From Polymyxa betae A26-41 (lineage: Eukaryota > Protista > Endomyxa: Phytomyxea), in contig RBZT01000404.1 in the NCBI GenBank assembly GCA_003693705.1, positions 62,001 through 126,000 of the forward strand: a stretch of DNA of 64,000 nucleotides. The letters are read 5' to 3'. The translations under genes and the position numbers were made by a program. This document shows, piece after piece, positions 62,642-64,000 of the stretch. The notes beneath the pieces are model-generated. The model had not been told where the DNA came from, did no database searches, and saw only the letters and a program-made list of their open reading frames with translations. The first letter of the stretch is position 1, and every line of letters starts with the position of its first letter.

Positions 62642-63631
62642 CTTCCAATAGGATCGAATCGGTTGCGTTTAGGGTTTGCCCGGCATGCCGAAACTCACAA
62701 TTGCAGCAATTTCGAACATTAAGTTGATCGCTGAGGTAAGTTCCTTCCGAATTCAGAACATGAAAGCTCGGCATCCGAATGGCTTCCATGGATGGGTTCG
62801 ACAGCTTATTCAGACGACGACATTGACGATCTGCATGCAGCCTGACGAAATCTAAAGTGTACGCGGGCCGCAGCAATCCGCCCACGATCTGGTCGAGGTC
62901 GCGACGGATACGGATTCGGCCCCCCCCCGGAATGGGGTGTTGCGGTGAGCGGTTACTGGGATGTCATGGGCCAGTACCGACCTGGTTGGAGGCGAGCGCC
63001 GGGAACAGCAACACCGGAACAGGGTCATGTCGTATATTTATTCGATTTGTAACAGCGCTATCCCATCTAATGATATGATGATGCTGTCACATTCAGATGA
63101 TGGGTTTTGTAGACGCTCGGGTGATGATATCGATCGTGCTCTCCGCCTAATACGGCTGCGATAAGATCAGCGAACTTTGCTGAGAAAAGGTCGTACACAG
63201 CTGTGCAGCAAAAATGCGAGAAGCAGAGCAGCCAGCGACTCATGAGACCTGGCTTCATTCTGGAATCGAGCCCAGCGAAAGTTCGTTAGGAACAAACACG
63301 TGGCTGCCAATCTGTCTTAAAATTGAACCGCTGATGAGCCAGTACGTCAAATGTGCTGGTTTTTGCCATCACGCTAACTTCTTCGAAATGTTTGGAAATG
63401 GTTATGCAGTAACGACTAAAGAACAACTGCTTGGGTTCTCAGTATTCTTGCCGACTTGCTTCGGATTTTAATTCTGTTAGAACAATCAAGGTCACAAATT
63501 CGTATTTCATTGACTTACTGGGTCTTTGGCTTGATCGACAATTAGATGATGTTGCTCTAGTAGCTTTGTATGTACAGACAGTTCAGGGGACTGCAGCTGT
63601 AAGCGTACCTTCTTGAAACTTGCGGTGAATT

Positions 63632-63719
63632 GCCTCTTTAGCTCAGTCGGCAGAGCGTAGGTCTCATATCCATTCTCAGAGCAATCCTGAGGTCGTGCGT
63701 TCGATCCGCACAGGAGGCA
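63632..63719 (+). tRNA. tRNA-Met (CAT), elongator type, with a 15-nt intron (63669-63683)
   Basis: Acceptor stem GCCTCTT/AGGAGGC, D arm GCTC/GAGC, anticodon CAT at 63665-63667, T arm GTGCG-TTCGATC-CGCAC; 73 nt after intron removal. Confidence 0.95.
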
Positions 63720-63722
63720 TAG

Positions 63723-63728
63723 TTTTTT
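63723..63728 (+). terminator. RNA polymerase III terminator (T6)
   Basis: TTTTTT starting 4 nt after the tRNA discriminator base. Confidence 0.8.
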
Positions 63729-64000
63729 GCCGTCGATCAAATTGCACCGTTTTGCTCTGCCTGATCGGTTCTGGAATTTGTTGACATCGAAAGTGTAGGT
63801 AAGAGCGGCCCATCATTGATATTTTGCATGCTTTCTGAGATTTAGGCCTTTGGACATCTGGGTTATCGTTCGATTGTATACGTTCCTGTTCGGGAAAGGA
63901 AATTCATGTAACGTGCTTGCTCTCTCATCAAGGCAATATAATGCTCCAACGAACCCCGATACCGCCTCTCGTTTGCTCATTTTGTTTAAAATTGCAAAAA

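Noticed and set aside
62857-63471. Small gene or C/D snoRNA (GTGATGA...CTGA at about 63121-63183) before the tRNA
   Set aside because: No coherent spliced protein, no terminal stem and no recognisable guide.

Overview
Gene-dense eukaryotic genomic DNA with many short (mostly 45-130 nt) GT-AG introns and very short intergenic spaces. The compactness, intron style and TTTTAGGG/TTTAGGG-like tracts suggest a protist, possibly a phytomyxid rhizarian (inference only). I reconstructed about 28 protein-coding genes by manual splicing, including NDUFB9, SFT2, a methyltransferase, a soluble cytochrome b5, a secreted VWD/C8 mucin-like protein, a multi-TM RGS protein, a P4-ATPase, IF1, OCRL/INPP5B, a DEAD-box helicase, GlyRS, a CHTOP-like protein, EXO1, a probable MEI1/PRD1 orthologue, CNOT10, OGFOD1, a LisH + C2H2 + His-rich protein, DNAJC11, an F-box/ankyrin protein and NAT9. 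There is also one intron-containing tRNA-Met. Mobile DNA comprises a Ty1/copia RT relic, a 1.6-kb TIR-bounded element with two convergent unknown ORFs, and a decayed APE-RT-RNaseH-CCHC LINE. The LINE carries an inserted MITE, a minisatellite inside its endonuclease region, and a 3' module with Pol III-like boxes followed by a hammerhead-ribozyme-like core. Family calls rest on motifs recalled from memory; no searches were run, and exon boundaries are hand-predicted.
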